Position numbers and translations under genes: made by a program. The notes under the pieces are model-generated. The model was given only the letters and a program-made list of their open reading frames with translations, did not search any database and was not told the origin of the DNA. This document shows, in pieces, positions 37,771-48,131 of a stretch of 64,000 bases of DNA. Origin of the DNA: an uncultured delta proteobacterium (lineage in GTDB: Bacteria > Desulfobacterota > BSN033 > UBA1163); contig CAWHBU010000004.1 of NCBI GenBank assembly GCA_963827685.1, positions 128,001 to 192,000 on the forward strand. The letters are read 5' to 3'. The stretch's first letter is position 1; each line of letters begins with the position of its first letter.

Positions 37771-38969
37771 GCGTTGGCCTCGGCAATAGCGATATCCAGT
37801 TCTGAAACGTCCAGTTCGTCGGAGATGAGTTTGGGGAGGAGAAGATCACGGGTTTGGCGGAGGATACGATTTTTCTTACCAAGAACAGCGAGTTGTTCAG
37901 CGATTGGCAAACATATTTTCTCAAACCGGACAAGGTGTCCCTTCGGAGGATAAAGGCATTCAATCCTTTCCATATCACCTTTAGTTACGGCCTTAAAAAT
38001 TGTCCCTCCGCCCATGATGTCCTCTTCCGTGAAGATTTCTTTGAGTTGATGGAAAGCAAAACATTGGTAACCATCCAAGTTTCGGATCGCAGACAGACCC
38101 CTACCAATAATAATCTTGTGGTCAGTAAGGTTTAACCTTCCTACCGGTGCCCTAACGCTGAAAAGAATATCCCCTGCTTCTGCAATCCTACCGGCAAACG
38201 TGCAATATACCCGTGTTGTCGGGAACCGTTCTCCGAAGTCAGTAACACCTTGATGGAATGGAAGCCCTTCACCATTGGTGTTGTAAAATTCTGATTTCGG
38301 AGATTGCCCCATAAGAATAGAGCAAACATCACTCAAGTGTTTTACCTCCCATCCCTCCGGTATCTTTCCCAAGGACGAATCCACCATCTTGACTTTCTGG
38401 TGGCCGGGGAAGCGGAACTTTACGAACCACTCCCGGTAGAGGGTCTGGGCTATCTCCTCCAATATCTTGATGCGCCGGAGATTGTTCTCGATCAGATCGT
38501 CGTAGGCAGAGAGAATAGAGGCGATTTTATCTTGCGTCTGTCCATCCGAAGGGATGAGCAAAAGGAGGCTATTTAGGTCAGCCTTGTTTACTGCTCCAAA
38601 GACGGCCCCGCTTTCAGCAGCATGAATATTTTCAACGTTGGCCTTTAATAAGTAAAAAATAAACCGCCCCGATCTATTTGGCCGAATTGCACATAGACCT
38701 CGACCAATGCAGCACTCTTCGGTGGCGAGGTTCAAAGCACCAACAGGCGCTCGGACACTCATAAGAATGTCCCGGGGAAGAGCAATCTTGGATGGTAGTG
38801 AGCAATAGGTCGAGGGAGAGGGATGTAATTCTCCGAAATCTCGGTTACCTTGGAAAAAAGGCAGACCATCTCCTCGGTTATTGTAATATTCTGATTTTGG
38901 AGACTGGCCCATAATGATCGTTGCCAGATCTCCAAGCCTCTTTTGCTCCCAAGATGTGGCCATCACCAA
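37767..38969 (-). CDS. hsdS: Type I R-M specificity subunit
   Basis: Two TRDs separated by the conserved [16 protein letters not shown]...FVKFRF and IPEGW regions; [12 protein letters not shown] tail. Confidence 0.95.
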   Translation of the reverse strand: MVMATSWEQKRLGDLATIIMGQSPKSEYYNNRGDGLPFFQGNRDFGELHPSPSTYCSLPSKIALPRDILMSVRAPVGALNLATEECCIGRGLCAIRPNRSGRFIFYLLKANVENIHAAESGAVFGAVNKADLNSLLLLIPSDGQTQDKIASILSAYDDLIENNLRRIKILEEIAQTLYREWFVKFRFPGHQKVKMVDSSLGKIPEGWEVKHLSDVCSILMGQSPKSEFYNTNGEGLPFHQGVTDFGERFPTTRVYCTFAGRIAEAGDILFSVRAPVGRLNLTDHKIIIGRGLSAIRNLDGYQCFAFHQLKEIFTEEDIMGGGTIFKAVTKGDMERIECLYPPKGHLVRFEKICLPIAEQLAVLGKKNRILRQTRDLLLPKLISDELDVSELDIAIAEANA

Positions 38970-40516
38970 CCTTCGATAATTTTCGGGATATTCTCTGCAA
39001 TCCTTTCCTCCAACTCCCTCGCTTTAACGTTCAGGACTTCCAACTCCTCGTTCAACTCCTGCAATCGCTCCTTAAAGTCGAAGTCATCTGCCTCTCCCTC
39101 GGTCACTCCTACATAGCGTCCGGGGTTCAAGCTCCATCCTTGAGCCTCAATTTCCTTAATGGCGGCCACCTTGCATAATCCGGGGACATCTGCATACTTT
39201 CCCTTCGGGAACTTTTCAGCCATCAACTTGGCGCTCTCGTGATGATTCTCATGCTTCTCCCCTCGGTAAAGCCGAACGATATTGGCAAGAAACTCAATCT
39301 GCTCGGGTTTAAAGTCCCTATGGGCACGATCAATCTGGTTGTAGATGTGCCGAGCATCGAGGAACAGCACCTTGTCCTGTCTGTCAGTCCCCTTCTTTGC
39401 TCGGTCGAGGAACCAGAGCATACATGGCAGGGTAACGGTGTAGAACATATTCGGCCCCACCGCTACCATCACGTCCACCGCCCGGTCTTGGATAAGTTTT
39501 TTGCGGATTTCCAATTCAGAGGCCCGGGCGTCTGCCGCCGAGTTTGCCATGACGAAACCGGCTCTGCCCTTCTTGCTCAAGGCACTGTAAAAAATCTGTA
39601 TCCAGAGGTAATTGGCGTTATCGACCTTGGGCAAACCAAGAGGGAAGCGAGGATCGTCTTTGAGGCGGTCTTTATCTACTCGGTCAACATTGAACGGAGG
39701 ATTGGCGAGGACAAAGTCGAATTTCCCCGGACTGGTGTGTAGATCTTCATAGTAGGTGTTTCCCTGTCGGATGTCCCCTGCAAGTCCGTGGACGGCAAGG
39801 TTCATTTTATTGAGGCGACCGGTTTCCGCCACCCGCTCCTGCCCGTAGATGCTGATCTCCGCACTCGGGTTCTTCTTGTGCTCCTCAACGAAATGAGCGC
39901 TCTGGACGAACATACCACCTGACCCACAGGCTGGGTCGAAGATGCGGCCATGAAAGGGTTCCAATATCTCGACGATGAGTTTAACTATTGCTGTCGGAGT
40001 GAAGAACTCCCCCCCCTTTTGTCCTTCAGCCATGGCGAACTTGCCAAGGAAATATTCATAAATTTTTCCGAAAGCGTCTCCTTCAATGTCCATGGGGATG
40101 GAAGCCATGATCTTCAGGAGTTCCACCAAGGATGAGTTTTCCAGCCGGTTGTAGGTCTTAGGCAGGACGTCCTTCAGATCAGGATTCTCCGCTTCGATAG
40201 CCTTCATTGCATCGTTGATTGCCTGCCCGATATTTGCTCCCTCGGGTTTCTGAAGGAGTTTCTGGAAGCGGGCGGTTTCAGGAAGGTAGAGAACACCTTT
40301 TGCTTGATAGTCGGACTTCCCGATCTGTCGGCGTCCTGTCCCCTTGCCCTCCAGTTCCTTCTGGGCGGCGGCGAACTTTTGGTCAGCGTAGCGAAGGAAG
40401 ATAAGACCAAGAACGGGGATTGAATATTCCGAGGATTTGAGTTTGGAGTTCGCCCTCAGTTCGTCGGCGGCATCCCAAAGACGTTTTTCAATCTGGTTGT
40501 TATTCCCAACAGCCAT
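38963..40516 (-). CDS. hsdM: Type I R-M N6-adenine methyltransferase
   Basis: [23 protein letters not shown] and ANPPF motifs. Confidence 0.97.
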   Translation of the reverse strand: MAVGNNNQIEKRLWDAADELRANSKLKSSEYSIPVLGLIFLRYADQKFAAAQKELEGKGTGRRQIGKSDYQAKGVLYLPETARFQKLLQKPEGANIGQAINDAMKAIEAENPDLKDVLPKTYNRLENSSLVELLKIMASIPMDIEGDAFGKIYEYFLGKFAMAEGQKGGEFFTPTAIVKLIVEILEPFHGRIFDPACGSGGMFVQSAHFVEEHKKNPSAEISIYGQERVAETGRLNKMNLAVHGLAGDIRQGNTYYEDLHTSPGKFDFVLANPPFNVDRVDKDRLKDDPRFPLGLPKVDNANYLWIQIFYSALSKKGRAGFVMANSAADARASELEIRKKLIQDRAVDVMVAVGPNMFYTVTLPCMLWFLDRAKKGTDRQDKVLFLDARHIYNQIDRAHRDFKPEQIEFLANIVRLYRGEKHENHHESAKLMAEKFPKGKYADVPGLCKVAAIKEIEAQGWSLNPGRYVGVTEGEADDFDFKERLQELNEELEVLNVKARELEERIAENIPKIIEGW

Positions 40517-40988
40517 ATTATCTCCTTCAAAGATTTTTGACGGTTACACACTTTTATTTTGAGATTAAAAGGGAGGCTTCAGTTTGAATAGGAGTTTACT
40601 AAATCAGGAACGGGGTGTCAATGAGAATTGAAGGGCAAGGAAATCCTGTTCTACAAATGTTTAGCGAGCTTTATTTAATTCTTATTCGAAATTTCCAATT
40701 TATTTCACGATGATTTTTTATCACCCAAATTCGGTGAGGATCGACCTTCGAAAACCCCTTTGATATCCGCTTTAGGTCATTCCCTTTGGGTGATAAAAGA
40801 GACACAAATATTACCCAAATTTCGGCTCTCGGCTCTGATTCAGACGGAATAATCAAGCGGGGTTGAACTGTTGCAAATACAAGGCGGATTGTTCATTTTG
40901 CGAAAGCAAAATTACTTATATTTGAAAGCTCATAAAGTCTTAATAACCAAATTATTGTAGCCCTCTGACAATTAATCTTTAGGGCAGC

Positions 40989-41660
40989 CTATTTGAAGTA
41001 CATCTTTACAACAGCCCCGTAGACGAGCAACCCAATCCCCCCTAATGCCATTATGCAAAGGGCAAAGAGAAACCAAAAAAACCCATCGCGCTTTCGTTGG
41101 TACGCCGGCAGTTCGCTTCCCAGGAATTCTGTCTCAAGGTTCACTGGGGGATACCGTCTTAACCGAGGAAATGGCCACTCCCACCAATCGGGATCGTCTA
41201 CCATTGGATAACGGTCATAGACACCGACCGAAAATTTTCCATATGGCCTGAGTGCAATAGTTAGAAGATCCTGGGCTTGCTGTCTGATCAATCTGATGCT
41301 GTCATAGAAATTCTTGTACCTGGATACTCCAACATAAGCACCTAAGACCGCCCCAAAAAACACGCTCAGACTTCCATAGCGTTTCCCTTTAATATGGATA
41401 AGTACCTTCAAGCCAAACAGTGACTCAAGCGCCCGAGGTAGGGTACCCGTCAAGGTCTGGGTGACCAAATCCTCGATAAGTTGTCTCTCTTTGCTATCCT
41501 CACTGATGCGGCGGCTCTCGATATTGCTGTCCTCCTGTGGAGAGTATTCCACTTTCGCTTCAAGAATTGCCTCTCTTTTTTGCAGTAGCATCTCTCTTCC
41601 CTCCGGCTGCATAGCTTTAAAGAACAGCAGATTGCAAAACTGCTGATTGAGATAATCCAT
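40989..41660 (-). CDS. Hypothetical protein with a C-terminal TM anchor
   Basis: 223-aa ORF; FFWFLFALCIMALGGIGLLVYGAVV at the end. Confidence 0.6.
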   Translation of the reverse strand: MDYLNQQFCNLLFFKAMQPEGREMLLQKREAILEAKVEYSPQEDSNIESRRISEDSKERQLIEDLVTQTLTGTLPRALESLFGLKVLIHIKGKRYGSLSVFFGAVLGAYVGVSRYKNFYDSIRLIRQQAQDLLTIALRPYGKFSVGVYDRYPMVDDPDWWEWPFPRLRRYPPVNLETEFLGSELPAYQRKRDGFFWFLFALCIMALGGIGLLVYGAVVKMYFK

Positions 41661-41851
41661 TGAGATGATGTTTATGGAACGATTGTAATATACACATTTT
41701 CCAAACTTATTGGAAGCAAAAAGTTTAGGGAAAAATCCTTACAGAACGCGTTGCCCTCGAACGAACAATCTCGTTTGCATCAACTCTTCAAAGCCCAATT
41801 CAGAAGTCTTCGAATGTCAACGGAATTCCTTCTGTTAGAGTCGCCGTCTTC

Positions 41852-42007
41852 TCAACTCCCAAATTGCAGACTCCTGATCGCCTCCACCTTCCGGTCATCT
41901 GTGGTGTGGAGATACCTTTCTGTGGTGCGAATATGAGAATGGCCCATGAGGGCCTGGACGGTTTTAAGATCCGCTTCTCTATCCAAAAGGATTGTGGCAA
42001 AGGTGTG
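41852..42007 (-). pseudogene. 3' fragment (51 aa) of a tyrosine recombinase paralogous to 44548-45156
   Basis: HTFATILLDREADLKTVQALMGHSHIRTTERYLHTTDDRKVEAIRSLQFGS*, nearly identical in protein to the intact copy. Confidence 0.9.
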
Positions 42008-42119
42008 AAGGATAACGTGAACAGAAGTGTACTAAATCAGGAACGGGGTGTCAATGGGAATTGAGAGCGGGTGAAAAAGGTCTTGGCATTCCCCAACCTT
42101 TCTGGGATAATACTAAAAT

Positions 42120-42770
42120 ATGACAAATTTGAGTTTCTCAAAGAAAACAATCCAAAATACCTTGAAGAAAAAGGCTGTCATTTTGATAACAATGCTGGAG
42201 AAAGTTCTTTATTGGATAATCATCCCGTTAGCATTTGTGCTGATAATTTATCACTGGTTGTTTTCTGGTGCGACTACAGGCCGTGAAATAGCCTCTTTTT
42301 ATGCTTCTCTTGCCACGATGATAGGAGTTATTTGGGCAATCATAAATGTTAGGAGAGCATTATCAATTAGGAAAAAGGAATTAATCGGTAAGCTCTATGA
42401 GAGATTCTTGGAGAAGAGTGTGTATGAGCTTTATGAAAAAATAAAAAATCAGGACGATTTCGAATTGACTGATAAAAATAAAAGGGCATTGAATAAGATG
42501 TTAACCCTTTTCGATGAGGTTGACTACTTCAAAACACAAAAATTATTTGGGGATGAAATCTGGGAATATATTGCCTGTGAACTCGTCAATTTATCTTGTC
42601 ATAAAAAAGTTAGGGCTTTTTTGAAGGAGAATAGAAAAAAATATCCAAAGCCAAAAAATAAGTACCAAGAAGATATGATGCCATTCACTGGCTTTGAGGC
42701 ATTGGTTAACGAACTACCTGAAGATTATTGGTTTAGAGACAGACCAAATCGTGAAGAAAATAACGATTAA
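42120..42770 (+). CDS. 2-TM protein with a DUF4760-like helical domain
   Basis: Two hydrophobic segments; LNKMLTLFDEVDYFKTQKLF pattern; visibly AT-rich. Confidence 0.5.
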   Translation: MTNLSFSKKTIQNTLKKKAVILITMLEKVLYWIIIPLAFVLIIYHWLFSGATTGREIASFYASLATMIGVIWAIINVRRALSIRKKELIGKLYERFLEKSVYELYEKIKNQDDFELTDKNKRALNKMLTLFDEVDYFKTQKLFGDEIWEYIACELVNLSCHKKVRAFLKENRKKYPKPKNKYQEDMMPFTGFEALVNELPEDYWFRDRPNREENND

Positions 42771-42778
42771 ATTATAAA

Positions 42779-43351
42779 TTGCAGGCTAATAATTTTTATG
42801 CGAGAGGAACAATGAAAAGTAAAGCCAAAGTACCACGTGATACTGTAATTGACGCCATTGACATTCTGAATGACCTGATGGGTGAAATCATGAACGGTGT
42901 GGACGTATACAAACACTATGTCGAATGTTACAAGACTGGAATAGTCACTGATGATGATATGGCGGGAGCATCGAGACTCTGTTTCACGAGCATGATTCTG
43001 GCATTGAATAAGGTTAGAGAATTCAACAGGAGATACCTTCAAATTGTTCCACAGGGGGTTCACCGTGCTGCACTGACTCAACTGCAAGAGACGATAGTGG
43101 CAAGGGGCATACCGGAATTTCGTGACCATTGCATAGGCCACATTTGGAATCAGAAGACGAACCAGCCACTGAAACATTCAGAGGTCATGAAGCGGTTGTC
43201 GGTAATCGTTGAAGAAAATGTAATGGCTTTCGTGAACTGGCTTCATGGCACGGGAAGCGGTGGCAACACCGTAGTGGGAGTTCTTGAATCAATTCGTGAT
43301 ACACTCAAGGAGGAATACTCTGTGATGGTATCTGAGGTAATAAATAGGTGA
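42779..43351 (+). CDS. HEPN-domain (AbiU2-like) protein
   Basis: Helical protein with the R-x5-H motif FRDHCIGH preceded by MILALNKV. Confidence 0.65.
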   Translation: MQANNFYARGTMKSKAKVPRDTVIDAIDILNDLMGEIMNGVDVYKHYVECYKTGIVTDDDMAGASRLCFTSMILALNKVREFNRRYLQIVPQGVHRAALTQLQETIVARGIPEFRDHCIGHIWNQKTNQPLKHSEVMKRLSVIVEENVMAFVNWLHGTGSGGNTVVGVLESIRDTLKEEYSVMVSEVINR

Positions 43352-43532
43352 AGTTTGCCTCTGTCAGATTAAGTGTCCTGACCAGTATTTGAGTTGACGA
43401 ACAGTGTCAGGACAAACCTCATCCTCCAATTTCGCCCCACATCCTTCTGAGATACATGATCCCTTTTGACTTTTTTGGACAATAGTTTACTTGACCCATC
43501 CTCACTATCATGCAATATACTGAGGGTATGTC

Positions 43533-44429
43533 GTGATATCAAACTTCAACGTACCGTTTGTGAAGGACATTCGAGAAGCCCACAGAAAGGAGGTTTTAAT
43601 TAGAGTGCTTAGCGTTTACGCCGATGACAGCACGGACGAAGAGCAAAGGAGAGTATTCGCTCTTGCTGGGGTTATGGGAACAAAAGAGGAGTGGAACGAA
43701 CTTGAACATAAATGGGCAGCTCGTACCGGGGGAGTGCCATTTCATGCAACGGATTGTGAATCTGGATGGGGCGTTTATAGAGACATTCCAGAAGAAGAAA
43801 GAAGGGCACTATACAAGGATTTGACGAATTTATTGGCGGGAACTAATATGCTGGGCTATGGTATAGCCATCGACTTAGTAGCTCACAGCGACGTTATGAA
43901 AGATCCTGCCAAAGATGCTCCATATTTCTTTTGTTTTCATCAAGTTATAGCTCAGTTTATAATGCGTACACGCCAAATGATTCCGCAACAAAAGGTAAAG
44001 TTTACTTTCGATATCAATCAAAAAGTGAGATACAACGTCGGAGTTCTTTATGATTGGTTAACAAAGCACGAGGAATATAAAGACGTCACATCGTATGTAG
44101 ATCGGGAGATATCTTTTGAGACAAGGAAAATCGTAGGTATTCAAGTAGTTGATTTATTCGCTTTTGAAACTATGAAACGGCTTGATAATACCATAGGTCC
44201 AACCAGACGGTCCAAAAGAGTGTCCCTTGAGGTTTTGCAGAATACAGGAAGATTTCAGGTGCAATGTATGAGAAAAACTGATTTTGAATCCTTTAGAAGT
44301 CATTTTAGTGAACAACGGATCTCAACAGACAATAAACAATATAAGGAATGGCTTTCAAAGAACCATTGCATTGATACTACTGAAAATAGAACCCGATACC
44401 TCATGTATCTTGACAAACAAAAACGATAG
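43533..44429 (+). CDS. DUF3800-family RNase-H-fold protein
   Basis: VYADDS..VFALAG, FHATDC and GIQVVDLFAF (QxxD) motifs. Confidence 0.75.
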   Translation: MISNFNVPFVKDIREAHRKEVLIRVLSVYADDSTDEEQRRVFALAGVMGTKEEWNELEHKWAARTGGVPFHATDCESGWGVYRDIPEEERRALYKDLTNLLAGTNMLGYGIAIDLVAHSDVMKDPAKDAPYFFCFHQVIAQFIMRTRQMIPQQKVKFTFDINQKVRYNVGVLYDWLTKHEEYKDVTSYVDREISFETRKIVGIQVVDLFAFETMKRLDNTIGPTRRSKRVSLEVLQNTGRFQVQCMRKTDFESFRSHFSEQRISTDNKQYKEWLSKNHCIDTTENRTRYLMYLDKQKR

Positions 44430-44547
44430 GTGACAAAGAAAAAATGGTTATATACTTGAAGAATCTAATAAACACACACAGATTATAGAAAAAAAAACGA
44501 CATTATGATTCCAAAGACAAAAATGGGGGTCAGGCAATCCCCAACTC

Positions 44548-45156
44548 TCAATGGTATTGAGACACCCCAAATTGCAGACTCCGAATCGCTTCCACTTTTC
44601 GGTCATCGGTGCTGTGAAGATACCTTTCCGTGGTGCGAATATGAGAATGACCCATTAGGGCCTGGACGGTTCTAAGATCATTTCCCTTATCCAGGAGAGT
44701 CGTGGCAAAGGTATGCCGCATGACGTGGGGATGGATTCTCTTTTGGATCAGAGCCCTCTTTGCCGCTGACTTGATGAGGTAGTCAACGGCCTTGGGAGTC
44801 AAGCCCTTTTCCTCGTAGGGTCCATGCTTCCCCAATGTCTGAAAGAGCGGATGAGTCGGTTCTATGACATTCCCGATGGTCTTTAGGTAATCCTTGATGG
44901 CGAGAAGAGTCTCACCCTTGAGGGGAATGCGCCGGAATCTCTTTCCCTTACCGATGACATCAATGACTGCTTGGTTCCGGTATGTTTTGAGATCCTCGAC
45001 CTTCAGACTGCAAATTTCGGCTTTTCTTAACCCGGCTGCGAGAAGGGTAAGCAGAATGGCGTAATCACGTTTGCCTTGTGGAGTCCGTCGATCAGGGACC
45101 CTGAGCATGGCTTGGGCTTCTTCCTCGGTCAAAAATTCAGTCTCTTTCTTTTTCAT
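44548..45156 (-). CDS. Short (catalytic-domain-only) tyrosine recombinase
   Basis: RDYAIL..GLRKAEI, GKGKRFR, HPHVMRHTFAT, MGHS..TTERY. 202 aa, no core-binding domain. Confidence 0.92.
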   Translation of the reverse strand: MKKKETEFLTEEEAQAMLRVPDRRTPQGKRDYAILLTLLAAGLRKAEICSLKVEDLKTYRNQAVIDVIGKGKRFRRIPLKGETLLAIKDYLKTIGNVIEPTHPLFQTLGKHGPYEEKGLTPKAVDYLIKSAAKRALIQKRIHPHVMRHTFATTLLDKGNDLRTVQALMGHSHIRTTERYLHSTDDRKVEAIRSLQFGVSQYH

Positions 45157-45274
45157 GGTCCAACCTCCTTCCTGGTTGAATGATTTTCGGTTTGATGGTA
45201 GATTTACTTCGAGTGGGCATCATCCCGTTCCTTCCAGCCATGAGGTAGCCGCCTTATGGCTTTGGGATGAAGGC

Positions 45275-45988
45275 TCACTCACTTCTTTCTCTGATCAGCT
45301 TTGCGACTGCCTCACGGATTAAATCTCCTACCTCTCTACCTTCGGTATGCGCTATTTTTCCCAATTTTTCTTTAATATCCCGTCTCAATTCCACCGTTAA
45401 AGCATCCAGGGCTTCAGCGTAAGGAGGAACCTTGGAGAGAGGGGGATTCTTCTTCCCCTGGACCAAAGCAGAAAGGTATTTCTCATGGCTTTCATCGAGA
45501 TAGCGGAAGTGCAACTGTCTCCAATCCCTGCCTGTAATATCCTGTCCAGTTAGTCCTTTAACCCATCGCTCTTGGTACAGAGGCTTAAAAGGCTTGAAAT
45601 AAATGGGAGCATATTTTTCGCGCTCATTTTCAATGCTGTCTATTACACTATGTCCCCACAATGTGAGGCTAAGATCTAATTCAGGATAAACGAAGTAAAC
45701 AGGCATTCCTTTAAAGACGAAACGCCACTTCCCTTTTACATTTCCCCAAAAATACTTTTTGCATAAGACTTGTTCCCAACACCAAGCATTTGGGTCCAAT
45801 GGATAGTTTTCAGGCTCACCTTTGCAATTACCGCTTTCATCTTCTTCTATTGGATTTCCCTTGTTTATATAAAGCCCTCCCTCCCTGCATTTGAAGCATT
45901 TAATGTCACTGAGAGGTTTGACACATCGACCCGCCCATTCCTGGTTATTGAAAACCGTCCTTATTACTAATCCTTTCTTCTCGATCAT
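45275..45988 (-). CDS. Unknown N-terminal domain fused to a C-terminal RHH-like DNA-binding domain (237 aa)
   Basis: Start at MIEKKG with a GAGGG RBS and a TTGACA-17-TATATT promoter at about 46025-46065; C-terminal LTVELRRDIKEKL...VGDLIREAV. Confidence 0.65.
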   Translation of the reverse strand: MIEKKGLVIRTVFNNQEWAGRCVKPLSDIKCFKCREGGLYINKGNPIEEDESGNCKGEPENYPLDPNAWCWEQVLCKKYFWGNVKGKWRFVFKGMPVYFVYPELDLSLTLWGHSVIDSIENEREKYAPIYFKPFKPLYQERWVKGLTGQDITGRDWRQLHFRYLDESHEKYLSALVQGKKNPPLSKVPPYAEALDALTVELRRDIKEKLGKIAHTEGREVGDLIREAVAKLIRERSE

Positions 45989-46445
45989 ACATTCCCTCTT
46001 ACACAAGATCAGATTAGTTATTATTAGTTTAAAACTAATATATACTAACATAACACTAATGTCAAGAGTTTTTTTCACGGCGAGGGTAAATGCGTGTCGA
46101 GTGGAAACCCTGGGAATCTTGTTTAACAGAAATACCCGACATGAAGTCGCTGAGGTATTGGGTCTTAGGATGGTTACTGATTTCAGATTGATGGACGAAT
46201 GAGCAATGATGCGGATCGGTGGGGAGCCTCCCCCCAAATTTTCGGCTTCGACCCCTCCCCCGGTGTCGGGGGAGACCCCGAACATCAAGACCAGACGAGC
46301 CAATTTGAGACTCTCCCTTGCACAGGATGACACCCCTTCGCAAAATTTTTTTGCCAAAGATAGGATTTTCTGTTGACCTGCCCCCCGAAAACCGGTCCAG
46401 GGGATGAGTTAGAATAGGACTGGAAATGAGTATGGGGAGGTAGGG

Positions 46446-46724
46446 ATGAAGAAGAAGGGGTTTAGTGCAGAACAAATCATCGGGAAGCTGAGAGAGGCAG
46501 AGGTTCTTCTGGGTCAGGGGAGCACAGTGGGCGAAGTGAGCCGCAAGCTCGGGATTACGGAACAGACCTATTATCGTTGGAGACGGGAGTATGGAGGGAT
46601 GCGGGTGGAACAGGCCCGAAGGCTCAAGGAGCTGGAGAAGGAGAACGGGAGGCTCAAGAGACTGGTGGCCGATCTGACTCTGGACAATGCGATTCTTAAG
46701 GAGGTAACCCGGGGAAACTTCTGA
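46446..46724 (+). CDS. IS3 OrfA
   Basis: [14 protein letters not shown]...[19 protein letters not shown]; ends in the slippery sequence GGGAAAC. Confidence 0.93.
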   Translation: MKKKGFSAEQIIGKLREAEVLLGQGSTVGEVSRKLGITEQTYYRWRREYGGMRVEQARRLKELEKENGRLKRLVADLTLDNAILKEVTRGNF

Positions 46725-46747
46725 GCCCGTCACGGAGGCGGAAGGCG

Positions 46748-47587
46748 GTGATGTGGGTTTGGGAAAGCCTTCGGATCTCCCAACGGCGGGCATGCAGGGT
46801 GCTAGGGCAGGCTCGATCGACTCAACGTCAGGAGGTAGGCGTTTCAGGTGAAGAAGAGAGGTTGGTGGCTAGAATAATCGCCTTGGCTACTCAGTATGGT
46901 CGGTATGGGTATCGGAGGATTACGGCTCTGTTGAGGGCGGAGGGGTGGCGGGTGAACCATAAGCGGGTTGAGAGGATCTGGAGGCAGGAGGGGTTAAAGG
47001 TACCCCAGAAGCAGCCCAAGAGGGGGAGGTTATGGCTCAATGAGGGCTCCTGCATCCGGCTGAGGCCCGAGCGGAAAAACCATGTCTGGAGTTATGACCT
47101 AATGGCAGCACGGACCCAGGACGGGAGGGCTTTTCGAATTCTGACCATCCTGGATGAATATACGAGAGAATCTTTAAACATCACGGTGTCGAGAAGAATC
47201 ACGTCTCAAGAGGTGATTTATCAGCTGGCGGAGTTATTTCTTGAGAGAGGGATCCCGGAGCATATTCGTTCGGACAATGGGCCGGAGTTTACGGCGAGGG
47301 CGATCCGGCAGTGGCTAAGGGATCTTGGAGTAAAGACCTTGTACATTGAGCCTGGGAGTCCTTGGGAGAATGGGTACATTGAATCCTTTAACGGGAAGTT
47401 AAGGGACGAACTTCTCAACCTGGAAATCTTCACAACGCTCTTTGAGGCTCAGGTGCTGATCGAAAACTGGAGGAAGGACTACAATCAGATCAGACCTCAC
47501 AGTGCGTTGGGTTACCGACCTCCTGCACCTGAGGCTATTATGCCGAGCTATGGTTCAACAAGTCTAACTCTGAGTGTGGTACAATGA
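46748..47587 (+). CDS. IS3 OrfB (DDE; fused to OrfA by -1 frameshift)
   Basis: [42 protein letters not shown] motifs. Confidence 0.93.
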   Translation: MMWVWESLRISQRRACRVLGQARSTQRQEVGVSGEEERLVARIIALATQYGRYGYRRITALLRAEGWRVNHKRVERIWRQEGLKVPQKQPKRGRLWLNEGSCIRLRPERKNHVWSYDLMAARTQDGRAFRILTILDEYTRESLNITVSRRITSQEVIYQLAELFLERGIPEHIRSDNGPEFTARAIRQWLRDLGVKTLYIEPGSPWENGYIESFNGKLRDELLNLEIFTTLFEAQVLIENWRKDYNQIRPHSALGYRPPAPEAIMPSYGSTSLTLSVVQ

Positions 47588-48054
47588 TTGGGGGCTGGTC
47601 AGCCTTTCCACCGGGTTCCAGACCTGGAATGCACTCGCTATACTGCAACATTACTGCAGGCCATATGTATGAACGTTAACCTACGAAAAAGTATTGAGGT
47701 GAAATTTCTCAAGGTTTAGGGCTAGAATGACGCATATCCTCGCAGTCAGGGACTTTTTAAGAAGCAATTTCTCCCAAGTTATCTTGGAGAGTCCTTGGCG
47801 ACCTGGCTCCTGAAGGGAACTGGGGAGATTCAGAGAAATACAGTAGTCACCCATACTTAGGAAGATTGTAACTATCCGAACTGATCACATGGAGTCCTGC
47901 CCGTTAAGATTTAGCAAATCGAGATTGCCCATTCGTTCCAGGGCGATTCTCTTAATCACCTAAGGGATTGGTTCCCCGGGGATATTTGTTCCTAACACGA
48001 TCCCTAAAAATATTTTTGAACAACTTCAAAAAAACACAAACTTCAAAAAAACAC

Positions 48055-48102
48055 TTGACAAGACAATATCATTTTGGTAGTAAATAAATCGAGCGCTTGT
48101 TT
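48055..48102 (+). promoter_or_regulatory. tetR promoter with a probable operator
   Basis: TTGACA at 48055, -10-like TAGTAA 17 bp later, and an imperfect palindrome aaatcgagcgcttgttt at 48086-48102. Confidence 0.55.
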
Positions 48103-48131
48103 TAAATACTTCTGAAACTTAACCAGGCGCT

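Larger units (their letters stand above)
40597..42064 (-). repeat. 35-bp direct repeat (40597-40631 and 42030-42064) containing a sigma-70 promoter
   Basis: tactaaatcaggaacggggtgtcaatg(a/g)gaattga, one mismatch. Minus strand reads TTGACA-17-TAAACT or TACACT. Confidence 0.9.
20068..47601. mobile_element. Integrative element / phage-satellite-like genomic island with defence cargo (right boundary uncertain)
   Basis: Integrase abuts the tRNA 3' end. Contains xis, primase, DUF3987, TerS-like, DUF932, R-M and nuclease cargo. No attR seen; ends at IS3. Confidence 0.8.
46374..47601 (+). mobile_element. IS3-family insertion sequence, no target duplication
   Basis: Ends TGACCTGCCCCC... and ...GGGGGCTGGTCA; orfA/orfB arrangement; flanks differ (TGT vs GCC). 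Confidence 0.92.

Noticed and set aside
35659-37953. Long plus-strand ORFs (225 aa, 418 aa)
   Set aside because: Antisense shadows of the GC-rich hsdR; no recognisable motifs.
43420-43460. Possible third recombinase tail (HVSQKDVGR on the minus strand)
   Set aside because: Too short and lacks the catalytic Tyr context; could be chance.
40900-45156. Classical integron
   Set aside because: The recombinase lacks the IntI-specific insertion and I could not identify attC sites between the cargo genes.
45989-46793. N-terminal extension of ORF 45275-46357 and the 243-aa ORF 46062-46793
   Set aside because: These run through a promoter/operator region and the antisense strand of IS3; a better start with RBS is at 45988.
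20068-47601. Complete prophage or ICE
   Set aside because: No capsid, portal, large terminase, tail, lysis, relaxase or T4SS genes recognised.
48022-48054. 16-bp tandem duplication aacttcaaaaaaacac
   Set aside because: Low-complexity local duplication with only two copies; no evidence of function, could be slippage or an assembly artefact.
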